Source: Candidatus Omnitrophota bacterium
GTDB lineage: Bacteria; Omnitrophota; Gorgyraeia; Zapsychrales; Zapsychraceae
Length of the DNA stretch: 64,000 nucleotides
Direction of reading: 5' to 3'
Assembly: GCA_015233115.1 (NCBI GenBank)
Contig: JADFYJ010000002.1
Location: 38,016 to 102,015, forward strand
Shown here: positions 36,638-46,440 of the stretch, piece after piece
Layout: each line of letters opens with the position of its first letter
Numbering within the stretch: the stretch's first letter is position 1
The notes under the pieces: model-generated
What the model was told of the DNA's origin: nothing
The model's input: the letters and a program-made list of their open reading frames with translations, nothing else
Database searches by the model: none
Made by a program: the position numbers and the translations under genes

Positions 36638-37073
36638 GTATGTGGTATGTAGTATGTCGTATGTAGTAAAAACTACAATTTTTTAATCAAAGCCTTTGTC
36701 ATTTTAGATACAGATTCGAGATCTTGCAATATCGGTTTCGATAATTCAGATTTTAAAAAACCTAATTCTACTGAAATTATAACCTGTGTTTCTAACTCAG
36801 CAACTGAACCCATAACAATATATAAAAACTGTCGATTTTTTTATTATGATATCTTCTAAAACCTTCTGCGATATTTGATGGTATCGAGATGGCTGCCCTT
36901 CGCATTTGAGATACTAATCCAAACTGTTCTTCTTGAGGATAATTTTTTGTGACTTTATAAATATTTTTTACTATTTCAACACCAAACTTCCAAATTCTTA
37001 AATCCTGATAAGTTGTTATCTTTTCGTCCATTGCTTTCCCACCACATACGACATACCACATACTACATACTAT
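36638..37073. mobile_element. IR-flanked element, family D, loaded copy carrying a four-helix-bundle protein gene
   Basis: Left arm gtatgtggtatgtagtatgtcgtatgtagta. Right arm accacatacgacataccacatactacatact. Same TIR family as the empty copies at ~24292 and ~35867. Confidence 0.6.
36680..37061 (-). pseudogene. four-helix-bundle protein (23S rRNA intervening-sequence protein family), frameshifted
   Basis: The track ORF 36792-37061 ends at ...AISIPSNIAEGFRRYHNKKIDSFYILLWVQLLS. The +2 frame continues QFLYIVMGSVAELETQVIISVELGFL...KMTKALIKKL, which is the conserved C-terminal half (GSxxELETQ). A single-nucleotide indel lies in the aaaaaaatcgacagttttt tract. Confidence 0.7.
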
Positions 37074-37075
37074 TT

Positions 37076-38299
37076 TTACTTAAATCTCACTTTAATCGAT
37101 TCTGAATGTTTATTTAAGCCTTCCAAAGTCGCAATTTGGATTATAGCATCTTTTACTTTGTCCAAAGCCTTTTTTGAATAAGAAATCACGTGGCTTTTTT
37201 TGACAAAATGATCTGTTCCTAAACCGGAAAAATATTTGGCTGAACCCATGGTAGGAAGAACATGACTGGGGCCTGCCGCGTAATCGCCCAAAGCTGTCGG
37301 GCTATAAGGCCCTAAAAATATTGCCCCAGCATTCACAATCTTCTTGGCAATCACATTCGGGTTGTTAGTCATAATTTCCAAATGTTCCGGCGCGATCTTG
37401 TTCGCGATTTCAATAGCTTCGTCCATATTTTTGGCATAAACCCCATATCCGGATGGAACACGGTTGCGTAATTGCTTTAATAATTGTTTTGACGTAGAAA
37501 TTAAAACTGCCAACCCTCCTAAATGTTCAATCTGCCCTTCCATATCTGCCGCGACAAAATCCGGATTAGAGCAGCGGTTAGCAATAATCGCTAATTCAGA
37601 CGGGCCGGCTAACATATCAATATCGACAAACCCAAAAACCTGTCGCTTGGCTTCAGTCACATAAATATTTCCCGGCCCAACCACTTTATGGACGCGGGGA
37701 ACAGTTTTTGTGCCAAGAGCCAACGCCGCAATCGCCTGAGCTCCGCCCACTTTGTATATCTCATTAACCTTCAACAAATTCGCGACCGCCAAAACGTATG
37801 GATTCACCTGACCATTTTTATTCGGCGGAGTCATGATGACAATCCGTTTAACGCCAGCTACCTTAGCCGGGATCACAGTCATGTATACGGTTGATACCAA
37901 GGGCGCGGTTCCTGCCGGAATATAAATGCCCACAGATTCCAGAGGCTGAATTGTTTCTTTTAAAATAACCCCTTCGTCAGCTTTCACAAAACACGGTCGT
38001 TGTCTTTGTGTTTTATAAAAAGTCGTCACATTTTTGATGATCATCTTCAAATTATCAACGAAATCATTGGTGATATTCTGAAACGCGGCGCTGATTTCAC
38101 CTTCAGGCACGCGCAGATCTTTGGCGGTTAATTTAACGCCGTCAAATTTCTTCGTGTATTTCAAAACCGCCTCGTCGCCATCTAACCTGACATCTTCAAT
38201 AATTTGGCGCACTTTATCGCTGACACTTTTTTTGTGCACCTGCGAATCACGATTATAAATATCCAGTAAACTTTTGCCGGTCTGTGTTAATATTTTCAT
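37076..38299 (-). CDS. hisD: histidinol dehydrogenase
   Basis: 407 aa, HisD family sequence throughout (VGPGNIYV, GPSHVLPT). Confidence 0.9.
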   Translation of the reverse strand: MKILTQTGKSLLDIYNRDSQVHKKSVSDKVRQIIEDVRLDGDEAVLKYTKKFDGVKLTAKDLRVPEGEISAAFQNITNDFVDNLKMIIKNVTTFYKTQRQRPCFVKADEGVILKETIQPLESVGIYIPAGTAPLVSTVYMTVIPAKVAGVKRIVIMTPPNKNGQVNPYVLAVANLLKVNEIYKVGGAQAIAALALGTKTVPRVHKVVGPGNIYVTEAKRQVFGFVDIDMLAGPSELAIIANRCSNPDFVAADMEGQIEHLGGLAVLISTSKQLLKQLRNRVPSGYGVYAKNMDEAIEIANKIAPEHLEIMTNNPNVIAKKIVNAGAIFLGPYSPTALGDYAAGPSHVLPTMGSAKYFSGLGTDHFVKKSHVISYSKKALDKVKDAIIQIATLEGLNKHSESIKVRFK

Positions 38300-38325
38300 T
38301 GTCTTGGAAATCCTTGTAAAGTGTT

Positions 38326-38468
38326 GTAGGGGCGATCTCCCGATCGCCCGCTTACAAAATATACGCTTTTTTATCTAGATAAAACAAACAAAAAAACTAA
38401 ACCTAAAAACCCTGGAATGTTAAATTTGTAAATCTTTTTGGTACGGGCGATCAGGAGATCGCCCCTAC
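38326..38468. mobile_element. MITE-like element, family A (~143 bp, 26-bp TIRs)
   Basis: gtaggggcgatctcccgatcgcccgc, then an AT-rich core, then gtacgggcgatcaggagatcgcccctac. Sibling of the copy at ~4098. Confidence 0.7.
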
Positions 38469-38475
38469 GACCAAG

Positions 38476-38558
38476 GACGCAATGTCCGCAGTAGTGCCGT
38501 AAGCTCCCTCGAACGGCCGACCGACGACGCAATGTCCGACCTAGTGCTGGAAGCTCCC
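38476..38558. repeat. two direct 33-bp family E units spaced 50 bp
   Basis: gacgcaatgtccgcagtagtgccgtaagctccc and gacgcaatgtccgacctagtgctggaagctccc. An inverted copy of this unit lies in the gatB-gatA spacer. The track ORF 38371-38589 is made of these repeats and is spurious. Confidence 0.5.
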
Positions 38559-38592
38559 GTGAGCAGGGCAACAGCATCCCATCTGTCATTCT

Positions 38593-41253
38593 CTATTCTG
38601 TACTTAATTTATCCTTCACTGTTCTATAAATCATATCAACCGCCTGATCTAAATTTTTGATTTCCTTGCTTCCCGCTTGGGCCATTTGCGGGCGGCCGCC
38701 GCCATTTCCTTTAATAAGTTCCGCAGCTTTCACGATCAATTCATGGGCATGAATGCCTTTTTTAACCAGATCGTCCGAAACCACTGCCAATATAAACGCG
38801 TTGCCATCATATCTTGAGCCAAAAATGGAAACCGCGGAACGGGCTTTTTGCTTAACAATATCCGAAAGTTTTTTTAACACATTGATGTCCACATCTTCAA
38901 AAACATGCACCACAATGCGGCTGTCTTTAATCTGATCCCCACGCTGAATGATCTGATCCATCATCCCTTTAACAGCTTCAAATTTAAATTGCTCAAGTTG
39001 TTTTTCTAATTCTTTAATGCGGTTCACCTGCGCCGCAGTTTTATCCGCCAATTCCCCAACCGGACATTTTAATAAACTGGAAATTTTATCCAAGGCTGTT
39101 TCCTGGACTTCAACAAATTCAAGCGCCCCTAAACCAGTCTTAGCTTCAATTCGCCGTATACCTTGAGCAATCGCGTTCTCCCCAATGATCTTAAACAAGC
39201 CGATTTCACCAGTAGAATCCAAATGAGTTCCTCCGCAAAATTCTTTAGAATAATCTCCGACGGATATAACTCTAACCACGTCTCCGTATTTTTCCGCAAA
39301 AAATGCCAGAGCCCCGGTTGATTTCGCTTCTTCAATTGGCAAATATTCTTTGGCAACGCCATCACAATCTAAAACCAATTCATTCACCCGGCGTTCCACC
39401 TTAGTCAATTCTTCTCTCGTGACTGCTTTGTGATGAGTAAAATCCAGCCGCAAACGATCTTCTGAAACATATGACCCCTGCTGTTGAACATGTGATCCTA
39501 ATACTTCCCGCAAAGCTGACTGCAAAAGATGAGTTGCGGTATGATTGCGCATAATCGCTAATCGTCGCTGAATATCAATTTCAGCCGCCACTAAATCTCC
39601 GACGCCGAATCTTCCTTTTTCCACTACGCCGACATGCAAAAATACCTCAGAAATTTTCTGCGTATCTGTGACTTTAATCGCGTTCTCCCCTTTTCGGATA
39701 TATCCCACATCGCCCACTTGACCACCGGATTCCGCGTAAAACGGAGAGCGGTCTAACACCACTTTAACCGCATCGCCTTCTTTCACTTCATGAACAGGCT
39801 TGTTGTCCTTAAATACCCGCAAAATCGTATCAGTCGTTTTAAACTGTTTATAACCGGTAAATTCAGTTTTAGGAATATTCAATTCCAAATTATTATTTGT
39901 AAAAACATCCCCGGTCATTTTACTCGACGCGCGGGACTTATCCTGCTGTTCTTTCATCAAAGAGTCAAATTCACTTTTCGCGGAGGTAAAAATTGTCTCA
40001 TTTGCGCCAAAAATTTTAATCACTGGTTCTTTCATAGTCTCTAATGTCAAACCAAATGTGTCACGAAAATTAAAAAGTACATTTCCGATATCTTTGCACG
40101 TTTGAACAGTTGCCAATTTTTTATCTTTGATAGCCGTCAATTCTTTTTCAAATTCCGGAATGCGTTCTTTGCGCAATTTGATATATGCCAGCTCAATGTT
40201 TTTAACCGCAGATTCGATATCCTTTTGTTTTAATTTAATATCCGGGTATTGTTCACCCATAGCCGCGATAACAGCCGGAATTAATTGATACACACACGGT
40301 TCACTTTTGCCGATACGGATCGCGATATCAGAGACATTAATAATTAATTTCTTCATCACATAACCGCGGCCTTCATTAGACGGGATAACACCGTCGGAAA
40401 TGCCGAAGGTGACAGCGCGGACATGATCTGCCATAATCCGTTTGTCCCGAAGCGGCAAATCTTTGCTGATATTCTGGTCAATCGCCTGCAATATAGGCGT
40501 GAACAATGTGGTTTCGAAATTATTATGTTTTCCCTGCATAACCGCAGTTAAACGTTCCAGTCCCATCCCGGTATCAATATTCTTACTGGGCAAAGCATCC
40601 AACACGCCGCCGTCTTTGCGGTCAAACTGCGTAAACACTAAATTCCAAATTTCTGAAAACCGGCCCATTTCATCATCCGGATCTTTCGGCGCGTCTTTGG
40701 TCCCGCGTTTTTCCCATTCATAATCATAAAATATTTCCGAACACGGACCGCACGGACCATTAGGGCCGTTAACCCTAGCATTCGATGGCCAAAAATTACT
40801 TTTATCACCCAAGCGGAATAATTTTATATCCGGGATTCCCACTGTTTTTAACCAAATTTGTTCCGCTTCTTTATCTTCTTTGTTGACCGATACCCACAAG
40901 CGTTCAGCTGGAATGCCTAATTCTTTGGTTAAAAATTCCCATGCCCAAGCAATGGCTTCGGGTTTGAAATAATCCCCAAACGAAAAATTACCCAGCATTT
41001 CAAAAAAAGTATGGTGAAAATCCGTTTTGCCGACTTCGTCCAGATCATCCGTGCGCAAACATTTCTGCGCGGTGGTGGCTCTGTGGAAATCGTCAATTTG
41101 CCCCAAAAATTGACGTTTAAATTGCTGCATGCCTGCGGTCGTAAATAATACCGTAGGGTCATCTTTGGGCACTAATGAATCACTGGATATAATTTTATGG
41201 CCTTTTGAAGCGAAAAAATTAAGATATTTTTTGCGGATCTCATTGGTGGTCAT
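38593..41253 (-). CDS. alaS: alanine--tRNA ligase
   Basis: 886 aa, MTTNEIRKKYLNFFASKGH, class II aaRS core plus editing domain (HTATHLL). Confidence 0.95.
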   Translation of the reverse strand: MTTNEIRKKYLNFFASKGHKIISSDSLVPKDDPTVLFTTAGMQQFKRQFLGQIDDFHRATTAQKCLRTDDLDEVGKTDFHHTFFEMLGNFSFGDYFKPEAIAWAWEFLTKELGIPAERLWVSVNKEDKEAEQIWLKTVGIPDIKLFRLGDKSNFWPSNARVNGPNGPCGPCSEIFYDYEWEKRGTKDAPKDPDDEMGRFSEIWNLVFTQFDRKDGGVLDALPSKNIDTGMGLERLTAVMQGKHNNFETTLFTPILQAIDQNISKDLPLRDKRIMADHVRAVTFGISDGVIPSNEGRGYVMKKLIINVSDIAIRIGKSEPCVYQLIPAVIAAMGEQYPDIKLKQKDIESAVKNIELAYIKLRKERIPEFEKELTAIKDKKLATVQTCKDIGNVLFNFRDTFGLTLETMKEPVIKIFGANETIFTSAKSEFDSLMKEQQDKSRASSKMTGDVFTNNNLELNIPKTEFTGYKQFKTTDTILRVFKDNKPVHEVKEGDAVKVVLDRSPFYAESGGQVGDVGYIRKGENAIKVTDTQKISEVFLHVGVVEKGRFGVGDLVAAEIDIQRRLAIMRNHTATHLLQSALREVLGSHVQQQGSYVSEDRLRLDFTHHKAVTREELTKVERRVNELVLDCDGVAKEYLPIEEAKSTGALAFFAEKYGDVVRVISVGDYSKEFCGGTHLDSTGEIGLFKIIGENAIAQGIRRIEAKTGLGALEFVEVQETALDKISSLLKCPVGELADKTAAQVNRIKELEKQLEQFKFEAVKGMMDQIIQRGDQIKDSRIVVHVFEDVDINVLKKLSDIVKQKARSAVSIFGSRYDGNAFILAVVSDDLVKKGIHAHELIVKAAELIKGNGGGRPQMAQAGSKEIKNLDQAVDMIYRTVKDKLSTE

Positions 41254-41717
41254 AGATTGTCAATTACCTTCTTGATTGCGGAGTAAGAAAATCCTCTGCG
41301 TAATAAAAAATTATAAATGCGCGGTTTGATTTTTTCAGGACTGATACGCGAAGAATGAGCAAGCTTCCGTTCCACCAGAGAACGGATAACCGGCAGTTCA
41401 TCATATTCGCCGCTTAGGGCTTGCAGTACTGATCCTACAGTCTCTTTGTCGATACCTTTTTCATAAAGTTCGCGTTTGATGCGCACTGCCCCAAAAGGCT
41501 TGTTCAACCGTGACGTAACCCACGCCTTAGCAAAATCCCGGTCATTAACCAAGCCAATCTTTTTAAAATATTCAATGACCTGGTCAACGACTTCGATTTC
41601 AAACTGCTTTTCTTTAAGCTTAACCCTCAACTCATATTCAGTCCGCGGCCGGTATTGCAACAGCCTAAACACCGCGGTTTTTCCTTCCTGCAACGATTTT
41701 ATCGTCGAAGGACTCAT
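41250..41717 (-). CDS. recX: regulatory protein RecX
   Basis: 155 aa helical repeat protein downstream of recA (AVFRLLQYRPRTEYELRVKL). Confidence 0.8.
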   Translation of the reverse strand: MSPSTIKSLQEGKTAVFRLLQYRPRTEYELRVKLKEKQFEIEVVDQVIEYFKKIGLVNDRDFAKAWVTSRLNKPFGAVRIKRELYEKGIDKETVGSVLQALSGEYDELPVIRSLVERKLAHSSRISPEKIKPRIYNFLLRRGFSYSAIKKVIDNL

Positions 41718-41720
41718 GTT

Positions 41721-42770
41721 TTATTTCAGTCCTAATTTGGACTTGATCTCTTTCTCGATCTTAGCCAAAATTTTCGGGTTTTCTTTCAGGAATTTCCGGG
41801 AATTTTCTTTCCCCTGCCCGATTTTTTCATTCTCAAACGCGAACCAAGCGCCGGATTTCACCACCACATTATTCTTCACCCCTAATTCCAGGAGATCTGA
41901 TTCACGAGAAATCCCTTCAGAAAAATAAGTCTCAAATTCCGCTTCTTTAAACGGTGCCGCGACTTTATTTTTTACAATCTTGGCTTTAACCAAATTCCCG
42001 ATAAACTCATCGCCCTGCTTCAAACTTTCAATTTTGCGGAGTTCAATACGCACAGACGAATAAAATTTTAAAGCCCGTCCGCCGGTCGTGGTTTCCGGAT
42101 TACCAAACATCACGCCGATCTTCATCCGAATTTGATTGATAAAAATGATACAGGTATTAGATTTACTAATCGCGGCCGTTAATTTTCTTAAAGCCTGCGA
42201 CATCAAACGCGCATGTAAGCCCATGTGTGAATCGCCCATTTCCCCTTCAATCTCAGCCCGCGGAGTTAATGCCGCTACAGAGTCAATGACGACCAAATCC
42301 AAAGCACTGGAACGTACCAAAGTTTCCGCGATTTCTAACGCCTGTTCCCCTGTGTCCGGCTGAGAAATGAGCAGATCTTCTAATTTAATACCTAACTTTT
42401 GAGCGTAATTCGCGTCAAATGCGTGTTCAGCATCAATGAATGCCGCTGTTCCGCCTGATTTTTGAACTTGTTTAATAATACTTAATGTCAATGTGGTTTT
42501 TCCCGAAGACTCCTGCCCAAAGATTTCAACCACCCGGCCGCGGGGCACGCCGCCCACGCCTAACGCGCAATCCAAGGTCAATGATCCCGTAGGTATGGCT
42601 GCGATATCCAAACACACACTGCCATCGAGCTTCATAATCGAGCCCTTACCAAACTGCTTTTCAATCGAGGCTAACGCCAACTCCAACGCTTTTTTCTTAT
42701 TTTCTACTTCCGCATTGGATTTTTTCTCTTCCGCCACATTGGATTTCTTTTCTTCCGCCACTTTAAACAT
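41721..42770 (-). CDS. recA: recombinase RecA
   Basis: [20 protein letters not shown], Walker [14 protein letters not shown]1/L2 loops. The N-terminus carries a tandem 8-aa repeat (VAEEKKSN x2), so the true start is uncertain. Confidence 0.95.
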   Translation of the reverse strand: MFKVAEEKKSNVAEEKKSNAEVENKKKALELALASIEKQFGKGSIMKLDGSVCLDIAAIPTGSLTLDCALGVGGVPRGRVVEIFGQESSGKTTLTLSIIKQVQKSGGTAAFIDAEHAFDANYAQKLGIKLEDLLISQPDTGEQALEIAETLVRSSALDLVVIDSVAALTPRAEIEGEMGDSHMGLHARLMSQALRKLTAAISKSNTCIIFINQIRMKIGVMFGNPETTTGGRALKFYSSVRIELRKIESLKQGDEFIGNLVKAKIVKNKVAAPFKEAEFETYFSEGISRESDLLELGVKNNVVVKSGAWFAFENEKIGQGKENSRKFLKENPKILAKIEKEIKSKLGLK

Positions 42771-42922
42771 CCTTTCCTACCTAAGGGGATTGCAGGGAAA
42801 TTTGAAATGGATTATACCCCACCCCCAAAATGTTGTCAACATATTCGGGACAGGCGCAATTACCGACGGAAAAATTTAAAATATTTTATAGCTTAAAGCT
42901 TAAATAATCTTATAATGCTTAT

Positions 42923-44710
42923 ATGAATTTCGCTAAAAATAAAAAAATCCAGTCTGTTTTCGCCGCGGCCCTGCTAGCCATCCTATGTTTTGTTGCCTAT
43001 AGTCCGACTTTAACCCATCAATTTATGATTGATGACTATTTATATACCACAAAACAAGTCTCTCATACATTCAACCAAATGTCGGATTATTTCACTAAAA
43101 CCGCGTCACATCATTATGAACCATTGAATATTTTTATCAATGTCACGCTATTTAAATTTTTAAAAACGCCCCCCCTGCTTTACCTGACGAATATAGGATT
43201 ATTTAGTTTAAACTGTTTCCTGTTTTTCATCTTAATTTTGCGCTTATCAAAAAATTTTATGCTGGCCCTTATTTCTGCTTTACTTTTTTGCCTTCACCCA
43301 TATAACGCGGATATGATACAACATATTACGTTTAACATTATCTTTGTGACTTTTACTTTTATGAGCTTAAGCCTCATCACGCTTGATCTCTCCTTAAACG
43401 ATCGACTGCTCAAACGATATTATTTCATCAGTTTATTTTTTTGCGTCTTAGCCGCACTCTCCCAGGAAATTTCCATAATATTTCCTGCTTATGTCGCCAT
43501 CCTTTTATACTACAAAAAAACTCCTCTAAAAAAAATTTTTATTCTTGCTCTGCCTTATTTTTTGATGAGTCTGATCCAATTTTCACTATGGTTTTTTCTG
43601 GCCAAACCGAAATTAATGATCATGAACCATGCCCATCGCTTCCAGTTAACTTTTGAAGCAAATATCGCCAACTTTTGTCACACTATCCAATGGTATTTAA
43701 GCAATTTTATCTATCCTCAGTCCATTGTCTTTATGTATAGTTTTGATCCTATAAAAAGTCATATCGGTTTATATTGTCTATGGTTTTTTGTTATCGCTGT
43801 TATTGTTATCATAACCCTTTTTCTTTTTCGAAAACGTTTTTATTCCTTCGCCCTACTTTTTTTCCTGACTGGTTTTATAATTGTTTTTCCTGCCTCCCGT
43901 TCCCGCCCTATTTATGGAATCCTCATGGAACCTTACTGGCTCTATTTTTCTTCCATCGGAATTTTTACCCTTACCGCTTTATTGATCACGTCCGTTTATA
44001 AAAAAATTAACAAAACTTTATATTGGCTGTTTTTATTAACCCTATGCGCTTTTCTTTTTTATCACTCACAAAAACAACTTGCTGTCGGCCGCGATGAATT
44101 AACTTATACGGAATACTGGTTAAAAAAATCTCCGGATAACCTTTTAGCCAGAGGCATCCTGGGAGAACTTTATATTTACAATCCCATCCCCATTTCAAAT
44201 GATTTGATTCTCCCTATGATCAATAACACTAAAATTTATGTCAGAGATAACCATCAAGATCTGGCGTTAAAATTGGGAGAAAAAATTTTATTGAAAACTC
44301 TTCCCACTGAACAACGCATTGATATGCTTAGCCTAATGGCGGCCGCCCATGAAAAAAATGGCGACCCCATAAAATCCCGTAAAATAGTCAATCAACTCAT
44401 CACCACAAATTCTAACCCAAACATTTACATTCAAATCAGTTCAATCTTCGACCAAGTGGCCATGCCGGATGAAGCTATAAAAATACTCGATCAATGTTTG
44501 AATGTTTATCCCCAATTTAAAGAAGCATATTTGTTAAAAGGAATTATTCTAGGCAATCAGGACAAATATGAAGCAAGCATCAAAGTATGGGAAAAAGGAC
44601 TCGAGGTTGACTCCAAAGATACTCGATTTATGCGGCTTATCGAAGATGCCCAAAAACTCTATTCTTTAAGGGAAGGACAAAGTTCGTCTCCGAAGGCTAT
44701 GCGCCAGTAA
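42923..44710 (+). CDS. TMTC-like GT-C/TPR membrane protein, paralog 3
   Basis: YSPTLTHQFMIDDY..HHYEPLN is the same N-terminal signature as the 29345 and 31354 genes. Polytopic domain plus C-terminal TPRs. 52-nt convergent overlap with rsmE. Confidence 0.5.
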   Translation: MNFAKNKKIQSVFAAALLAILCFVAYSPTLTHQFMIDDYLYTTKQVSHTFNQMSDYFTKTASHHYEPLNIFINVTLFKFLKTPPLLYLTNIGLFSLNCFLFFILILRLSKNFMLALISALLFCLHPYNADMIQHITFNIIFVTFTFMSLSLITLDLSLNDRLLKRYYFISLFFCVLAALSQEISIIFPAYVAILLYYKKTPLKKIFILALPYFLMSLIQFSLWFFLAKPKLMIMNHAHRFQLTFEANIANFCHTIQWYLSNFIYPQSIVFMYSFDPIKSHIGLYCLWFFVIAVIVIITLFLFRKRFYSFALLFFLTGFIIVFPASRSRPIYGILMEPYWLYFSSIGIFTLTALLITSVYKKINKTLYWLFLLTLCAFLFYHSQKQLAVGRDELTYTEYWLKKSPDNLLARGILGELYIYNPIPISNDLILPMINNTKIYVRDNHQDLALKLGEKILLKTLPTEQRIDMLSLMAAAHEKNGDPIKSRKIVNQLITTNSNPNIYIQISSIFDQVAMPDEAIKILDQCLNVYPQFKEAYLLKGIILGNQDKYEASIKVWEKGLEVDSKDTRFMRLIEDAQKLYSLREGQSSSPKAMRQ

Positions 44711-45420
44711 GCCAAAACACTTAATGCTGCCGTTTCAACTCGTAAAATAGTTGATCCCAGCGTGACCGGAGTACAACCTTTCTGAAATGCAAAATCATAT
44801 TCACCCGGAGTAAAATCCCCTTCCGGTCCAATCAAAAAAGAAAAATTATTTTGTTTAGCGGGTAATGACAACGCCTCTTTTAAAAGTTTCCGGTTACCTC
44901 TCAAGCTGGGAATAATGACAGTCGAACGGCTGATCAAAAAATCAATGGCAGGTTCAAATTTCATGAAATTGTGAATAATCGGCACACGGGCTCTTTGACA
45001 TTGTTTGCAAGCATTAATCGCTACTGTTTGATAACGTTCTAACTTATGCTCTGCTCCATTTTTATAGGCTGAGAATTCGGTTCTTTGAGTCAATAAAGGC
45101 ACAATTTCCGCAACGCCTAACTCTGTTGCCTTTTCAATAATCAGTTCAAACTTACTCTTTTTAGGGATGGCACAGGCTAAAATAGTCCGCGGTTTCGTTT
45201 CCTCTTGAATAGCTGAAAATTCTTTGATTTGGAAAGCAATCGCCGCAGGTTTAATTTGAGTAATAATCCCAATAGCTTCAACACCCTGGCCATTAAAAAG
45301 ACGGATTTCTTCTCCAGCCTTAACCCGCAAAACATTTTTTAAATGGTGGATTTCCTCGGAATTAATAATCTGATAAGTATTTTGTTCTAAAACCAAATTG
45401 GGCGTGAAGCTACTTTTCAT
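44659..45420 (-). CDS. rsmE: 16S rRNA (uracil1498-N3)-methyltransferase
   Basis: PUA-like N-terminus and SPOUT C-terminus, LIGPEGDFTPGE. Confidence 0.8.
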   Translation of the reverse strand: MKSSFTPNLVLEQNTYQIINSEEIHHLKNVLRVKAGEEIRLFNGQGVEAIGIITQIKPAAIAFQIKEFSAIQEETKPRTILACAIPKKSKFELIIEKATELGVAEIVPLLTQRTEFSAYKNGAEHKLERYQTVAINACKQCQRARVPIIHNFMKFEPAIDFLISRSTVIIPSLRGNRKLLKEALSLPAKQNNFSFLIGPEGDFTPGEYDFAFQKGCTPVTLGSTILRVETAALSVLAYWRIAFGDELCPSLKE

Positions 45421-45432
45421 ATTTAACCGGGG

Positions 45433-46005
45433 TTAAGAACAACTCTGCGCCTCTGGATAAGAACTCATATTAATTGCTGCTCGCGGATTCTTAATCGGAT
45501 CCCATGGATGAGTAGCATCTATAACTTGTGTCGGGTCTGCCTGCAAAGTTAAATCAATGCGAATTTTGCAACCCGTCCATTGAAGAGAAGCCGTCACTAC
45601 TTTCTTGGAAAGTATTTCCGCTCCTGCTACCGCGCAATTAGCCGGATTCTGAGTAGCCGAATTATCAAATCTACAAATTGTATTCTTTGTACTTCCGCTG
45701 GCATCATAACGGTAAACGACCCACTTTGAAACAGAAGCATCTTTTTGAAACGATATTTGATTGGCAGAAGCAACAATTGTAGGTGATTCTCCAACATTCC
45801 CTTGGGTCTCTAAAGCATCCTTACTAATCCGCGCTGCTATAGTCATAGCTTCAATTTTCAATGTCGCAGAAGTTTGTGTGGTAACGCCGAAACGTCTCAT
45901 GGAGATATCAAACCCAATGATACCAAGCATAACCACGCCGATCAAAGTCGTTGCGATTAGAAGCTCCGCTAGTGTAATCCCTTGTTTATTAAATTTTTTT
46001 ACCAC
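45433..46005 (-). CDS. minor pseudopilin with prepilin-type N-terminal domain (PilW/GspJ-like), copy 2
   Basis: KQG|ITLAELLIATTLIGVV prepilin cleavage/methylation motif with E+5. 190 aa. Confidence 0.6.
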   Translation of the reverse strand: MVKKFNKQGITLAELLIATTLIGVVMLGIIGFDISMRRFGVTTQTSATLKIEAMTIAARISKDALETQGNVGESPTIVASANQISFQKDASVSKWVVYRYDASGSTKNTICRFDNSATQNPANCAVAGAEILSKKVVTASLQWTGCKIRIDLTLQADPTQVIDATHPWDPIKNPRAAINMSSYPEAQSCS

Positions 46006-46029
46006 CTTTACCTCCTCATCCTCATTTTA

Positions 46030-46389
46030 TCAATTCGGCCAGGACACATTCATGTAAATATTTCTGGCTTTAGACGAATCATCTACCACATAATAATTGA
46101 TGGTACAGCTGGTATTTGAATCAGCGTTATATACTATCGTATGCGTGCCACTAGGCTTGAGTGGATTGCTGTTGTCATTCCAAATAGTGGCATCAATCGA
46201 TGTCCGGAATGTCGCTAAAATATATTTTGCCGCGTATAAACATCGCGTCTCGCTCGATGATTGGGTGACTTTAGGACGAAGCATAGTCGTGGTCGCCATT
46301 ATCCCTGCCGCAGCGATCAAAAAAATAACCGCTGTTATAACCACTTCGACCATGGATGCTGCTCCGCGCCTTTTAACAGATTTTAACAT
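46030..46389 (-). CDS. small pseudopilin-like protein (PilV/GspI-like), copy 2
   Basis: RRGAASMVEVVITAVIFLIAAAGI hydrophobic N-terminal helix. Paralog of 47007-47351. Confidence 0.5.
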   Translation of the reverse strand: MLKSVKRRGAASMVEVVITAVIFLIAAAGIMATTTMLRPKVTQSSSETRCLYAAKYILATFRTSIDATIWNDNSNPLKPSGTHTIVYNADSNTSCTINYYVVDDSSKARNIYMNVSWPN

Positions 46390-46440
46390 TTTATTAACCT
46401 ATTTTTACTCAAATTTCTGTACTATCTATTCATTATCTCT

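Noticed and set aside
38371-38589. 72-aa minus-strand ORF between alaS and the family A element
   Set aside because: It is composed entirely of the two family E direct repeats and a TIR. It is Arg/Gly/Leu-rich, has no RBS, and is an artefact of GC-rich repeats.
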